From NCBI GenBank assembly GCA_947567425.1, contig CANOLV010000016.1:246-64245 (forward strand): a stretch of 64,000 nt of DNA, written 5' to 3'. The position numbers and the translations under genes were made by a program. The notes below the pieces were generated by a model. It was not told the DNA's origin. It worked only from the letters and a program-made list of their open reading frames with translations, and did no database searches. This DNA is from an uncultured Porphyromonadaceae bacterium. GTDB lineage: Bacteria > Bacteroidota > Bacteroidia > Bacteroidales > Muribaculaceae. Of this stretch, positions 37,609-47,055 are shown in pieces (the stretch's first letter is position 1; each line of letters opens with the position of its first letter).

Positions 37609-40600
37609 ATGAAAAGAAAGATTATTGCTTTAGCATTGTATGCCGCTTCGGCTGCCGGGATGGCTGCCGGACCGCTGTGGCTGCGCAATGTGGCCATATC
37701 GCCGGACGGCGGCACGATTGCCTTTACCTACAAGGGTAATATTTTTACAGTAAAGTCGACAGGCGGCGATGCCAGGCAGATAACGTCGGGGGGAAGCTAT
37801 AATACCTCTCCGGTGTGGAGCCCTGACGGATCGTCGATAGCGTTCAGCAGCGACCGCGAAGGTTCGATGGACATTTATCTGGTGGACAGCAAGGGGGGCG
37901 CGCCGCGCCGGTTGACCACCTACTACGGCAAGGAGACTCCGCTGGCGTTTAAGGACGACAAAAGCATCCTGGTCGCCGCGTCGATTCAGCCCGACCGCAG
38001 GGCCGCCCAGGGCGATTTCGGCAGTCAGGTATATCTGGTCGACACTGAAGGACACCGTCCGCAGATGCTCGTGTCATACGCCATGCCGGCCCTGAGCGTA
38101 GGGAAGGACGGCCGGATTCTTTATCAGGATAAGAAGGGCTTTGAAAATGAATGGCGCAAGCATGAGCGTTCGTCGGGCACAAGCGACATCTGGCTGATGG
38201 ACGGTGGCCGACATACCAAATTGACCGCTTTCAACGGCCATGACCTGAATCCGGTGTGGGCTCCTGACGGCGACTTTTACTTCATAAGCGAGGAGGACGG
38301 CACTCTGAACGTCTACAAGCGCTCGGTCGACGGAAAGCGGAAGACGCAGCTGACCAAATTTGCCACACATCCTGTAAGGTCGCTGTCGGCTTCCGACGGC
38401 GGCAAGATCGCTTTCAGCTGGGATGGCGAGATATACACCATGTCGGAGGGCGGACAGCCTGCCAAGGTGGAGGTCAATATCGTGACTGACGACTATGATT
38501 CCGATGTACGTAAGTCTGTGATGCGTTCCGGAGCCTCTTCTATGGCGGTGTCGCCTGACGGGGAGATGGTGGCGTTCGTGCTTCGCGGCGACGTATATGT
38601 CACATCGACCGAGTATAACACCACGCGCCGTATCACCGACACCCCTGCGCAGGAGCGTATAGTGGACTTCGCGCCCGACGGCCGCAGTCTGGTGTATGAC
38701 AGCGAGCGCGACGGCATCTGGCAGCTCTTTACGGCCGAAATAAAGGATCCTGATGAAAAGTCGCTCCTTTATGCCACTGAACTTGTTGAGAAACCGCTCT
38801 ATAAGAGCGACAAACCGTCGTTTCAGCCAGACTATAGTCCTGACGGCAAGAAGGTGGCTTTTCTTGAGGACCGCACTACGCTGCGTGTCATAGACCTCAA
38901 GACCAAGGAGGTGACGACCGCGCTTGACGGTAAATATAACTATAGCTATACCGACGGCGACATAGGATTTGAGTGGAGTCCCGACAGCCGGTGGCTCCTT
39001 ATCGACTATATCGGCGTGGGCGGATGGAACAATTCCGACATAGCTCTGGTGAAGGCCGACGGATCGGAAGTGGTCAATCTGACTGAGAGCGGCTACAGCA
39101 ATTCGTCGCCTCAATGGGTGCTCGGAGGAAAGGCCGTGGCATACGCCACCGGTAAATATGGCTACAAGAGTCATGGAAGCTGGGGCAACGAGAGCGATGT
39201 CGTGGCTATGTTCCTTGACGGCGATGCTTTCGATCGGTTCAATATGACCGAGGAGGAAGTCAAACTCGCCGAGAAAGCCGAGGCTGAGGCAAAGGAGAAG
39301 GCCGAAAAGGATAAGAAAGATGATAAAAAGAAGAAGGATAAGAAAAAAGGCAAGGACGACAAGGCTGACAAGGAAGAGGTGAAGCCGCTGGTGCTTGACC
39401 TCGATAACCGCCGTTACCGCATGGCGCGCCTTACTGAGTCGTCGTCGCGTATGGGCGATTATTTCTTGGCTCCCAAGGGCGATAAGTTCTACTATGTGGC
39501 ATCGAGTCCCGACGGTCGCAGCCTCTATGAGCGCAATATAAAGGACGGCGGTACCAAAGTGCTTGCGAAAGGACTCAGCGCATGGAATCTGATTCCCGAC
39601 AAGGATGGCAAGAATCTGTTTGTGATGACCTCGTCGGGGATTAAGAAGGTGTCGTTGAGCGACGGCGGTCAGAAAAACGTCAGCTTTGAAGCCGACTATA
39701 CTCGCCGCAAGTCGGATGAGCGCGGCTACATCTACAACCACATGTGGAGGCAGGTGCTCGACAAATTCTACGATGCCGACCTGCACGGCGTGGACTGGTT
39801 GAAATATAAGGATGAGTATGCTAAATTCTTGCCTTATATCAACAACAACTATGACTTTGCCATATTGATGAGCGAGATTCTCGGCGAGCTTAACGCTTCG
39901 CACACGGGTGCGAGGTTCTATGCTTCGGGCGCTCCTATGTCGACGGCTTCGTTGGGCGTGTTCTACGACGAGGACTACGCCGGCGACGGACTTAAGATAG
40001 CTGAAATAATCAAGCGCGGTCCGCTGGCTTCGCCCGCTCTGGGAATCGAGCCGGGCGACGTGATCATGTCCATCAACGACTCCCTCGTCCTCGCCGGTGC
40101 CGACTATTTCCCGCTTCTTGAGGGCAAAGTTGGCAAGAAAGTGAAGCTCGATGTAAAAAAAGCCGACGGCAAGCAGAAGACCGTCTATGTAAAGCCGATA
40201 TCCTACGGCGCTAACTCCGACCTGCTCTACCGTCGTTGGGTCGAGCGTAATGAAGCCATTGTCGACAGTGTTTCCGGAGGTCGTGTGGGCTATGTGCATG
40301 TCGAGGGTATGGACAGCCCGAGTTTCCGTGAGGTCTACGACCGTCTGCTCGGCAAGTACCGCAACTGCGATGCCGTAGTGGTCGATACACGCTACAACGG
40401 TGGCGGCTGGCTCCATAACGACCTTGCCATATTGCTCGGCGGCAAGGAGTATGTGCGCTTTACTCCGCGTGGACAGTATATAGGTAGCGAACCATTCTCG
40501 CAGTGGACCAAACCGTCGGCCATGCTTGTCAACGAGAGCAACTACAGCGATGCGCATGGGTCGCCGTTCACATACCAGTCGCTTAAGATCGGCGATGTGG

Positions 40601-40848
40601 TGGGAGCACCGATTCCCGGAACGATGACTGCCGTGTGGTGGGAGAATCAGATAGACCCGACTTTGGTGTTCGGAATACCGCAGGTGACCTCGCGCGACAT
40701 GGATGGAAATGTGCTCGAAAATCGTCAGCTTAATCCTGACGTGCTGATATATAATTCGCCTGAAAATGTGCTTCGGGGTGTAGACGACCAGCTCATCGGT
40801 GCCACCAAGCATCTGATGAAGAAGCTCGACGCGCAGAAAAAGAAATAA
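37609..40848 (+). CDS. Tricorn protease homolog (S41 peptidase with PD40/WD40-like beta-propellers and PDZ)
   Basis: 1079 aa. Repeated SPDG/WSPDG propeller motifs, ELNASHTG, PDZ-like segment and C-terminal S41 core (VDTRYNGGG). Confidence 0.85.
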   Translation: MKRKIIALALYAASAAGMAAGPLWLRNVAISPDGGTIAFTYKGNIFTVKSTGGDARQITSGGSYNTSPVWSPDGSSIAFSSDREGSMDIYLVDSKGGAPRRLTTYYGKETPLAFKDDKSILVAASIQPDRRAAQGDFGSQVYLVDTEGHRPQMLVSYAMPALSVGKDGRILYQDKKGFENEWRKHERSSGTSDIWLMDGGRHTKLTAFNGHDLNPVWAPDGDFYFISEEDGTLNVYKRSVDGKRKTQLTKFATHPVRSLSASDGGKIAFSWDGEIYTMSEGGQPAKVEVNIVTDDYDSDVRKSVMRSGASSMAVSPDGEMVAFVLRGDVYVTSTEYNTTRRITDTPAQERIVDFAPDGRSLVYDSERDGIWQLFTAEIKDPDEKSLLYATELVEKPLYKSDKPSFQPDYSPDGKKVAFLEDRTTLRVIDLKTKEVTTALDGKYNYSYTDGDIGFEWSPDSRWLLIDYIGVGGWNNSDIALVKADGSEVVNLTESGYSNSSPQWVLGGKAVAYATGKYGYKSHGSWGNESDVVAMFLDGDAFDRFNMTEEEVKLAEKAEAEAKEKAEKDKKDDKKKKDKKKGKDDKADKEEVKPLVLDLDNRRYRMARLTESSSRMGDYFLAPKGDKFYYVASSPDGRSLYERNIKDGGTKVLAKGLSAWNLIPDKDGKNLFVMTSSGIKKVSLSDGGQKNVSFEADYTRRKSDERGYIYNHMWRQVLDKFYDADLHGVDWLKYKDEYAKFLPYINNNYDFAILMSEILGELNASHTGARFYASGAPMSTASLGVFYDEDYAGDGLKIAEIIKRGPLASPALGIEPGDVIMSINDSLVLAGADYFPLLEGKVGKKVKLDVKKADGKQKTVYVKPISYGANSDLLYRRWVERNEAIVDSVSGGRVGYVHVEGMDSPSFREVYDRLLGKYRNCDAVVVDTRYNGGGWLHNDLAILLGGKEYVRFTPRGQYIGSEPFSQWTKPSAMLVNESNYSDAHGSPFTYQSLKIGDVVGAPIPGTMTAVWWENQIDPTLVFGIPQVTSRDMDGNVLENRQLNPDVLIYNSPENVLRGVDDQLIGATKHLMKKLDAQKKK

Positions 40849-40869
40849 TAGTCCTTGACCCATTAGTAA

Positions 40870-40909
40870 CGAGGCCGCGGTGCGAATCAATTCCTGCACC
40901 GCGGCCTCG
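40870..40909. terminator. Bidirectional terminator between the tricorn-like gene and dnaB
   Basis: Perfect 14-bp stem CGAGGCCGCGGTGC/GCACCGCGGCCTCG. Confidence 0.7.
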
Positions 40910-40932
40910 CCGTTATCGTCATAATGATGTGA

Positions 40933-42483
40933 TCAGAATGGTGGCGGTTCGTCGCCTGGTCCTTTGAGGAAGTCGGCGGTGCCGCCGTTGAACGGATTTT
41001 GGGTCTGTATCGACGCATCGTCCATCGAGTTGAGCCTTGAACCTACGGTCACTGTCGAGGATATGTCGAAATTATCCTCTTCTTCCCAGTTCTCAAACCG
41101 GGCGAAGCGGGCTTTAAAGCGCATTTTTATGTCGTCGACGGAACCTGAGCGGTGTTTGGCCACGATAAATTCGGCCAGTCCGCGGATGTCGTTGCCGGAT
41201 GCATCCTGGTCGGATTTCGTATAGTACTCCGGACGGTGGATGAAGCACACGATGTCGGCATCCTGCTCGATGGCTCCCGACTCACGGAGGTCGCTCAGCT
41301 GGGGGCGCTTGCCGTCGCCGGTCTGTCGCGATTCTACCGATCGGTTGAGCTGCGACAGGGCTATGATGGGGATGTTAAGCTCTTTGGCGAGCTGTTTAAG
41401 CGAGCGTGAGATCATACTGACTTCCTGTTCGCGGCTGCCGAACTTCATGCCTGATGCATTCATAAGCTGGAGGTAGTCGATGATGATGATCTCGACCTGG
41501 TGTTCCCTGACGAGGCGGCGGGCTTTGGTGCGCAGTTCAAAAATCGACAGCGAAGGGGTGTCGTCGATATACATGGGCGCACTGTAGAGGTGCTTCACTC
41601 TGGACATTAGCTGGTCCCATTCGAGCGATGTCAGCTGTCCTGACTTTATCTTCTGGCTCTCCAGCTCGCACACATTGCTTATCAGACGGTTGACGAGCTG
41701 CAGATTGGACATTTCGAGCGAGAATATCGCCACCGGGATATTGAAATTCACGGCCATGTTCTTTGCCATCGACAGCACAAACGCCGTTTTACCCATGGCA
41801 GGACGCGCCGCGATGATGATCAGGTCCGAACGTTGCCATCCCGACGTAAGCTGGTCGAGCTTATGGTAGCCTGTCTGGAGTCCGCTCAATCCGGATGTAC
41901 GGTTGGCCGCCACCTGTATCTGGTCGATGGCCTGTCCGATAACGGGATCGATCTGGGTGACATCCTTTTTGACGTTGCGCTGCGATATTTCGAATAGTTT
42001 GCCTTCGGCTTCCTGGAGCAGGTCGTCGACATCGTTGCTTTCGTCAAAAGCCTTGCCCTCGATGGCCGCCGCGAACGAAATCAGCTCCCGCGCCAGATAT
42101 TTCTGTGCCACGATTCTGGCATGGAATTCGACGTTGGCGCCTGACAGCACCCTTGATGTCAGTTCCGATATGACCACCGGGCCGCCCACCGCTTCAAGCT
42201 TTTCATTGCGTCGGAGCTGCTCCACCACGGTCAGCATGTCTATAGGCTTCTGTGCGGCTCCGAGGCTTTGTATGGCGGCATAGATATGCTGGTGGTTAGG
42301 CTCGTAGAAACTTTCCGGCTTGAGTATGTCGCATACGGCGGTGTAGGCGTCTTTCTCAAGCATCAAGGCTCCGAGGACGGCCTCTTCGACCTCTTTGTCC
42401 TGAGGCATGACACGGCCGCCGGTCTCAAAGATGGCCGGTTTTTGGTTCTGTCCCCGATAGGATTGCGGTTTGTTGTCTGGCAT
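40933..42483 (-). CDS. dnaB: Replicative DNA helicase DnaB
   Basis: DnaB N-domain (EEAVLGALMLEKDAY) and Walker A ARPAMGKTAF. Start moved to the ATG at 42483 because a TAACTTTG box (42504-42511, minus) lies inside the longest ORF. Confidence 0.9.
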   Translation of the reverse strand: MPDNKPQSYRGQNQKPAIFETGGRVMPQDKEVEEAVLGALMLEKDAYTAVCDILKPESFYEPNHQHIYAAIQSLGAAQKPIDMLTVVEQLRRNEKLEAVGGPVVISELTSRVLSGANVEFHARIVAQKYLARELISFAAAIEGKAFDESNDVDDLLQEAEGKLFEISQRNVKKDVTQIDPVIGQAIDQIQVAANRTSGLSGLQTGYHKLDQLTSGWQRSDLIIIAARPAMGKTAFVLSMAKNMAVNFNIPVAIFSLEMSNLQLVNRLISNVCELESQKIKSGQLTSLEWDQLMSRVKHLYSAPMYIDDTPSLSIFELRTKARRLVREHQVEIIIIDYLQLMNASGMKFGSREQEVSMISRSLKQLAKELNIPIIALSQLNRSVESRQTGDGKRPQLSDLRESGAIEQDADIVCFIHRPEYYTKSDQDASGNDIRGLAEFIVAKHRSGSVDDIKMRFKARFARFENWEEEDNFDISSTVTVGSRLNSMDDASIQTQNPFNGGTADFLKGPGDEPPPF

Positions 42484-42503
42484 GGTCAGTGTCGAATTTT
42501 TTA

Positions 42504-42511
42504 CAAAGTTA
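42504..42511 (-). promoter_or_regulatory. -7 promoter box (TAACTTTG) for dnaB
   Basis: 21-28 nt upstream of the ATG at 42483. Confidence 0.45.
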
Positions 42512-42608
42512 AGCAATCCCGCCAAATAGAGGGCAAATGGACGGGCGATTATTGTAAACAATGTATCAACATGGCCGTTACGGACATTGACTTCGGAAAA
42601 ATTTTTCG

Positions 42609-42616
42609 TACCTTTG
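42609..42616 (+). promoter_or_regulatory. -7 promoter box (TACCTTTG) for the S9 peptidase gene
   Basis: 35 nt upstream of the ATG at 42651. Confidence 0.5.
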
Positions 42617-42650
42617 CGGAGATACAAAATTTCACATCTATTTATTAATC

Positions 42651-44759
42651 ATGTTCAAATATTACAAACCAATCGTTATGTCGGCGACATTACTTGCCGT
42701 GGCTGCGTCCTGTACTACCGGGGAGCAGGCCAATGATAAGATTATCGACCGGCCTGAGGTGACTATCACCGACGGTAAGTTTTCAGTGGAGGCTCTTGAG
42801 GCTCTCGGACGAGTGACTGACCCTGTGATATCGCCCGATAAGACTAAAGTGCTGTTCGGGGTGTCGTATGAAAGCATCGAGGAGAATGCTTCTAACCGTG
42901 ACCTGTATGTGATGAATGTCGACGGATCGGATCTGACAAGGCTTACCAAGACTCCGAAGTCGGAGAACAATGCCGTGTGGATCAACGGTGGACAGCAGAT
43001 AGCGTTCATGTATCCCGACGGCGACAAGAATCAGGTATGGGTGATGAATGCTGACGGATCCGGACGCAAGTGCGTAAGCTCGGTGGAGCAGGGTGTAGGC
43101 GGATTTCTCATATCGCCCGACGAAAAGCATATAGTGATGATAGCCAACGTGAAGTACAGCCGCACGGCTCAGGATGTATATCCCGATCTGCCGAAGGCTT
43201 CAGGACGCATCATCGACGACCTTATGTACAAGCATTGGGACGAATGGGTGACCGAAGTGCCTCATCCTTTCCTCGGCGACTTTGACGGCAATGCGGTGAC
43301 TAATGTCGCCGACATTATGGCCGACGAGCCATACGAAGCTCCGATGAAGCCGTTCGGCGGTGTGGAGTCGTTCGCCTGGTCGCCTGACGGCAAGCAGTTG
43401 GTCTATGTGTCGCGTAAGAAGACCGGCATGGAGTACGCCCTTTCTACCAATTCCGACCTTTACCTCTATGACCTGGCCGACAAGTCGACCCGCAATCTGA
43501 CCGAAGGCATGATGGGCTACGACACGAACCCCGTGTTCTCCCCCGACGGAAAGTATGTGGCTTGGCTGAGCATGGAGCATGACGGATATGAAAGCGACAA
43601 AAACCGCATCTTTGTACTTGACATGGCTTCCGGCGAAAAGAACGACCTTACCGTCAACTGGGATTATACGGTAGATGCCATAGCATGGCAGCCGTCGAGC
43701 CGAGGCTTGTTCTTCCAGGCTTACCGCGACGGTGTGAAGCCGGTGTTCGCCATCGGTCTTGACGGCACTGTAAGTGTGGTGGCACAGGGTGAGTATGACT
43801 ATGAAAGCCTGTGCCCGGTTTCCGACACAGAACTCATCACCATGCATCATTCTATGGTGGCTCCTAATGAGATCTACTCGGTCAAGAACGGAGAGGTGAC
43901 CCAGTTGAGCTTCATCAACAAGGACCTCCTCGACAAGGTGACGATGCCTAAGGTGGAAAGGGTTATGGTGCCTACCACTGACGGCAAGGAGATGCTCACA
44001 TGGGTGATCCTCCCTCCCAACTTCGACGAGACCAAGCAATATCCCGCCATACTTTACTGCCAGGGCGGCCCTCAGCAGGCTGTCAGCCAATTCTGGAGCT
44101 ATCGCTGGAACTTCGCCCTCATGGCTTCCGAAGGCTACGTCATTATAGCTCCTAACCGCAGAGGTCTGCCGGGATTCGGCACCGAGTGGAATGCCCAGAT
44201 CTCAGGCGACTACGGCGGCCAGAACATGAAGGACTATCTCAGCGCAGTCGACTACATGAAGGTTAAGCCCTATATCGACGAGAAGCATATCGGTGCCGTT
44301 GGCGCAAGCTACGGCGGATTCTCGGTATATTGGCTTGCCGGCAACCACGACAACCGCTTTGCATGTCTGATTGCCCATGCCGGAATCTTCAACACTGAAG
44401 CGCAGTATCTTGAGACCGAGGAGATGTGGTTTGCCAACTGGGATCTCGGCGGTCCGTTCTGGGACAAGTCAAACGCCGTGGCTCAACGTTCGTTTGCCAA
44501 CTCGCCCCATCGTTTTGTCGACAAGTGGAATGCTCCGATCCTGATCACCCACGGAGAATTCGACTTCCGCATCCTTGCTTCTCAGGGCATGTCGGCTTTC
44601 AATGCCGCACGTCTGCGCGGGGTGCCTGCCGAAATGCTGATCTTCCCCGACGAAAACCATTGGATTCTCAAACCGCAGAATGCCGTGCTTTGGCAGCGCG
44701 TGTTCTTCCGTTGGCTCGACCGCTGGCTCAAGGAAGCCCCTGCCCAGCCCGCCGAATAA
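42651..44759 (+). CDS. S9 family (prolyl oligopeptidase/acylaminoacyl-peptidase type) serine peptidase
   Basis: 702 aa. Lipobox-like AVAASC, N-terminal beta-propeller (SPDG repeats), nucleophile elbow GASYGGF, and a C-terminal Asp/His region. Confidence 0.9.
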   Translation: MFKYYKPIVMSATLLAVAASCTTGEQANDKIIDRPEVTITDGKFSVEALEALGRVTDPVISPDKTKVLFGVSYESIEENASNRDLYVMNVDGSDLTRLTKTPKSENNAVWINGGQQIAFMYPDGDKNQVWVMNADGSGRKCVSSVEQGVGGFLISPDEKHIVMIANVKYSRTAQDVYPDLPKASGRIIDDLMYKHWDEWVTEVPHPFLGDFDGNAVTNVADIMADEPYEAPMKPFGGVESFAWSPDGKQLVYVSRKKTGMEYALSTNSDLYLYDLADKSTRNLTEGMMGYDTNPVFSPDGKYVAWLSMEHDGYESDKNRIFVLDMASGEKNDLTVNWDYTVDAIAWQPSSRGLFFQAYRDGVKPVFAIGLDGTVSVVAQGEYDYESLCPVSDTELITMHHSMVAPNEIYSVKNGEVTQLSFINKDLLDKVTMPKVERVMVPTTDGKEMLTWVILPPNFDETKQYPAILYCQGGPQQAVSQFWSYRWNFALMASEGYVIIAPNRRGLPGFGTEWNAQISGDYGGQNMKDYLSAVDYMKVKPYIDEKHIGAVGASYGGFSVYWLAGNHDNRFACLIAHAGIFNTEAQYLETEEMWFANWDLGGPFWDKSNAVAQRSFANSPHRFVDKWNAPILITHGEFDFRILASQGMSAFNAARLRGVPAEMLIFPDENHWILKPQNAVLWQRVFFRWLDRWLKEAPAQPAE

Positions 44760-44787
44760 TATAACTCGCAAAAAGCCGATAACGCAG

Positions 44788-44824
44788 AAGCCGGAGATTG
44801 CACCCAAGTCGCAATCCCCGGCTT
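44788..44824 (+). terminator. Hairpin after the S9 peptidase gene
   Basis: AAGCCGGaGATTGC..GCAATCcCCGGCTT. No strong U-tract. Confidence 0.45.
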
Positions 44825-44891
44825 CATGCTAAATTATTTAAGATGTGTTTTATAACATGTTGTTTTGTTTGTGATTGTAAATTTAAAGCCA

Positions 44892-44899
44892 TATATTTG
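44892..44899 (+). promoter_or_regulatory. -7 promoter box (TATATTTG) in front of the four-gene array
   Basis: TAnnTTTG match at the start of the AT-rich segment. Confidence 0.45.
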
Positions 44900-44961
44900 C
44901 GAAAATACGAGATGCGATGCCTCGTCGCGCATCAGAGGTAAACAAACCTACCGCACGCGAT

Positions 44962-44997
44962 ATGAAAACCAATCATCTGCTCCTCGCCGTGGCCATC
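44962..44997 (+). repeat. Left copy of the 36-bp direct repeat bracketing the four-gene array
   Basis: ATGAAAACCAATCATCTGCTCCTCGCCGTGGCCATC versus 46997-47032, 32/36 identical by hand alignment. Confidence 0.7.
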
Positions 44998-45018
44998 TTT
45001 GCGAATAGAATAGGTTGT

Positions 45019-45471
45019 ATGGAAAATAAGTACAGATTTATTGAAGATGATAATGATTTTGGCTACAATTGTCAAAACATTGAAGAAAAAATATTCCTTG
45101 AAATATTGTCGCAATTGCCAGATGATGTATATTGGTATTGTGGCGACTATGTCTATGACCTTATTAAAGATGAGAGATTGCTAGGACTTGCTCGATGGGA
45201 AATACCATTAGATGATAGTTATGGCTGGTATTGCAAGCGATATATACTAAATAGCGAATGCAAGAAATATCTAAAAGAAAATTTACATGGAAATTTATTG
45301 TCGTATTATTTTTGTCATCACATGATAAAAAGTAAAAGTAAAGTGTATCTTATAGTGTTTGATGCAGTATTGTTTGATGTATATTCAGGCATAAACATAC
45401 CTCAAAATATATTGGATAGTGGGGAAAATAATGGTGTATATGTAAGTTTCAGCGACCCAGTTGAGATTTGA
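45019..45471 (+). CDS. Hypothetical protein, array paralog A (about 150 aa)
   Basis: Frame open from 44917. The ATG at 45019 gives a length matching the three paralogs. Shares QLPDD.., ECKKYL, FCHHMI, YLIVFD, IPQ, FSDPV blocks with the next three ORFs. Alternative starts are 44917 and 44962. Confidence 0.65.
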   Translation: MENKYRFIEDDNDFGYNCQNIEEKIFLEILSQLPDDVYWYCGDYVYDLIKDERLLGLARWEIPLDDSYGWYCKRYILNSECKKYLKENLHGNLLSYYFCHHMIKSKSKVYLIVFDAVLFDVYSGINIPQNILDSGENNGVYVSFSDPVEI

Positions 45472-45515
45472 TAGCAAGATTACAAACACTTAAAATTAGA
45501 TTAAATCAGTAAATT

Positions 45516-45965
45516 ATGGCATATAATGAAAATTTCAATGATACAATCGACGATGATCGAGAAACAGAAATATGTAATAATGTTGTAGCATTCCTATTTG
45601 AACAAATTCCTGATAATGCCGGCTTATACGTAAGCGATTATATTGATATTTTACAAATAGAGTGTCCATATTTTGGAGTGTTCCAATATGAATCAAGCAA
45701 CGATGATAAAAATTATAAGAGAAAATTTATTTTATCAAAAGAATGCAAAAAATTCTTTCTTGAAGAGGATAACTCTACATTTTTATTTGGAGGTGTTTAT
45801 TTCTGCGATTACATGATTAGAGATAACAATAAATTGTACGTCAGCGTATACGATGGATGTCACTTTAACATTGACAAGTCCATCAAGATTCCTCAACACG
45901 TGCTTGACGAGTGCGAGAGGGAGCTGGAAATGGACTTTACATTTAGTGACAACGTGACACCATGA
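45516..45965 (+). CDS. Hypothetical protein, array paralog B (149 aa)
   Basis: Paralog blocks QIPDN, ECKKFF, FCDYMI, YVSVYDGCHF, IPQHVLDECE, FSDNV. C-terminal third nearly identical to the fourth ORF. Confidence 0.7.
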   Translation: MAYNENFNDTIDDDRETEICNNVVAFLFEQIPDNAGLYVSDYIDILQIECPYFGVFQYESSNDDKNYKRKFILSKECKKFFLEEDNSTFLFGGVYFCDYMIRDNNKLYVSVYDGCHFNIDKSIKIPQHVLDECERELEMDFTFSDNVTP

Positions 45966-45983
45966 ACACGACAATGGATAGAT
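45837..45983 (+). repeat. 147-bp block duplicated at 46822-46968
   Basis: Roughly 84-85% identity by hand count. Covers the last ~43 codons of paralog B, its stop and 18 nt downstream. Confidence 0.7.
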
Positions 45984-46427
45984 ATGCGGAACTATTATTT
46001 AGAATTTGAACCTGGTGAATTAGAAGACGACACAGATTATAGTGCCGATGTTTTGATTGAAATTTTGAATCAGATACCGTCCAATACTTATTTATATATG
46101 GGCTGTTATGTTGACCAACTTTTCGCAGATCAACGTATGCTTGGACTTCTGGAATATGAAATACCATTGGACAAAAGCTATAGGATATATGACCGACGTT
46201 TCAAATTGACCTCTGAATGCAAACAGTATCTTAAAAATAATTTACATATAAATTATGAGAGTTTCTTTTGCCATTACATGATTAAGGATGATGAGAAAAT
46301 ATATTTATTGGTTTTTGATTCATATAGTTTCGATTTAGACGCAAGCCTAAGTTTGCCGGACAAACTTATCCAAGATTGTGAGAAAGAAGAAATTTACATT
46401 CGATTCAGCAATCCGGTAATACTGTAG
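45984..46427 (+). CDS. Hypothetical protein, array paralog A' (147 aa)
   Basis: Paralog blocks QIPSN, ECKQYL, FCHYMI, YLLVFD, LPDKLIQDCE, FSNPV. Closest to the first ORF. Confidence 0.7.
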   Translation: MRNYYLEFEPGELEDDTDYSADVLIEILNQIPSNTYLYMGCYVDQLFADQRMLGLLEYEIPLDKSYRIYDRRFKLTSECKQYLKNNLHINYESFFCHYMIKDDEKIYLLVFDSYSFDLDASLSLPDKLIQDCEKEEIYIRFSNPVIL

Positions 46428-46515
46428 TATTGTAGTGTTTTTTGGGGCATCAAAAGTTTTGGACAATACATTATGTCGATTATTTAAAATGTCAACTAAA
46501 TAAATAAGACTATAT

Positions 46516-46950
46516 ATGGAAGAGTTTGATTTAATTTGTCAAGACAAATTGACATTTGCATTATTTGGTTACATAATCAAACAAGTACCCAATGATGCGT
46601 TTATTGATTGTTCTGATTATTTGGCACTATTAAAGAGAAAGCCTGTCGAAAAGCATCTTCCTATTGAGATTCTAAAATGGGAAATTCCTTGTCAGAATTA
46701 TTATGAACCGGATTCTGTCAGAATTGAGTTAAATGAAGAATGCAAAAAGTATTTGCATTCTAACATTTTGAGAGTGTCTGGATTTTTGTGTCACTTTACA
46801 ATTAGTGATGCCCAAAAAACTTATGTTAGCGTATACGATGGATGTCATTTTGACATTGACAAATCTATAAAGATTCCTCAGCGCGTGCTTGACGAGTGCG
46901 AGAGTATGTTGGAAATGGACTTTCGTTTCAGCAACACCGTGACACCATGA
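46516..46950 (+). CDS. Hypothetical protein, array paralog B' (144 aa)
   Basis: Paralog blocks QVPND, ECKKYL, LCHFTI, YVSVYDGCHF, IPQRVLDECE, FSNTV. Confidence 0.7.
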   Translation: MEEFDLICQDKLTFALFGYIIKQVPNDAFIDCSDYLALLKRKPVEKHLPIEILKWEIPCQNYYEPDSVRIELNEECKKYLHSNILRVSGFLCHFTISDAQKTYVSVYDGCHFDIDKSIKIPQRVLDECESMLEMDFRFSNTVTP

Positions 46951-46968
46951 ACGCGACAATATATAGAT
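46822..46968 (+). repeat. Second copy of the 147-bp block
   Basis: See 45837-45983. Confidence 0.7.
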
Positions 46969-46996
46969 GGAAATGCAGAATTTTTATTCATAATTT

Positions 46997-47032
46997 ATGA
47001 AATCCAATCATCGGCTCCTCGTCGTGGCCACC
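46997..47032 (+). repeat. Right copy of the 36-bp direct repeat bracketing the array
   Basis: ATGAAATCCAATCATCGGCTCCTCGTCGTGGCCACC. Confidence 0.7.
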
Positions 47033-47055
47033 GCATCGCAAAAGTATGATAATAG

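Noticed and set aside
38074-40899. 941-aa stop-free ORF on the minus strand, antisense to the tricorn-like protease gene. Similar long antisense ORFs occur at 53926-55443 (ftsH), 11724-12830 (nrnA), 23190-24362 (menD), 24901-26088 and 30658-31824 (LRR, susC), 43200-44090, 13466-14293, 18360-19334 and 5242-6048.
   Set aside because: Each lies fully inside a gene with unmistakable family motifs on the other strand. Their translations are Arg/His/Val-rich and low in information, with no recognisable motifs. They are shadow ORFs of the kind codon bias produces in the antisense frame of mid-GC genes.
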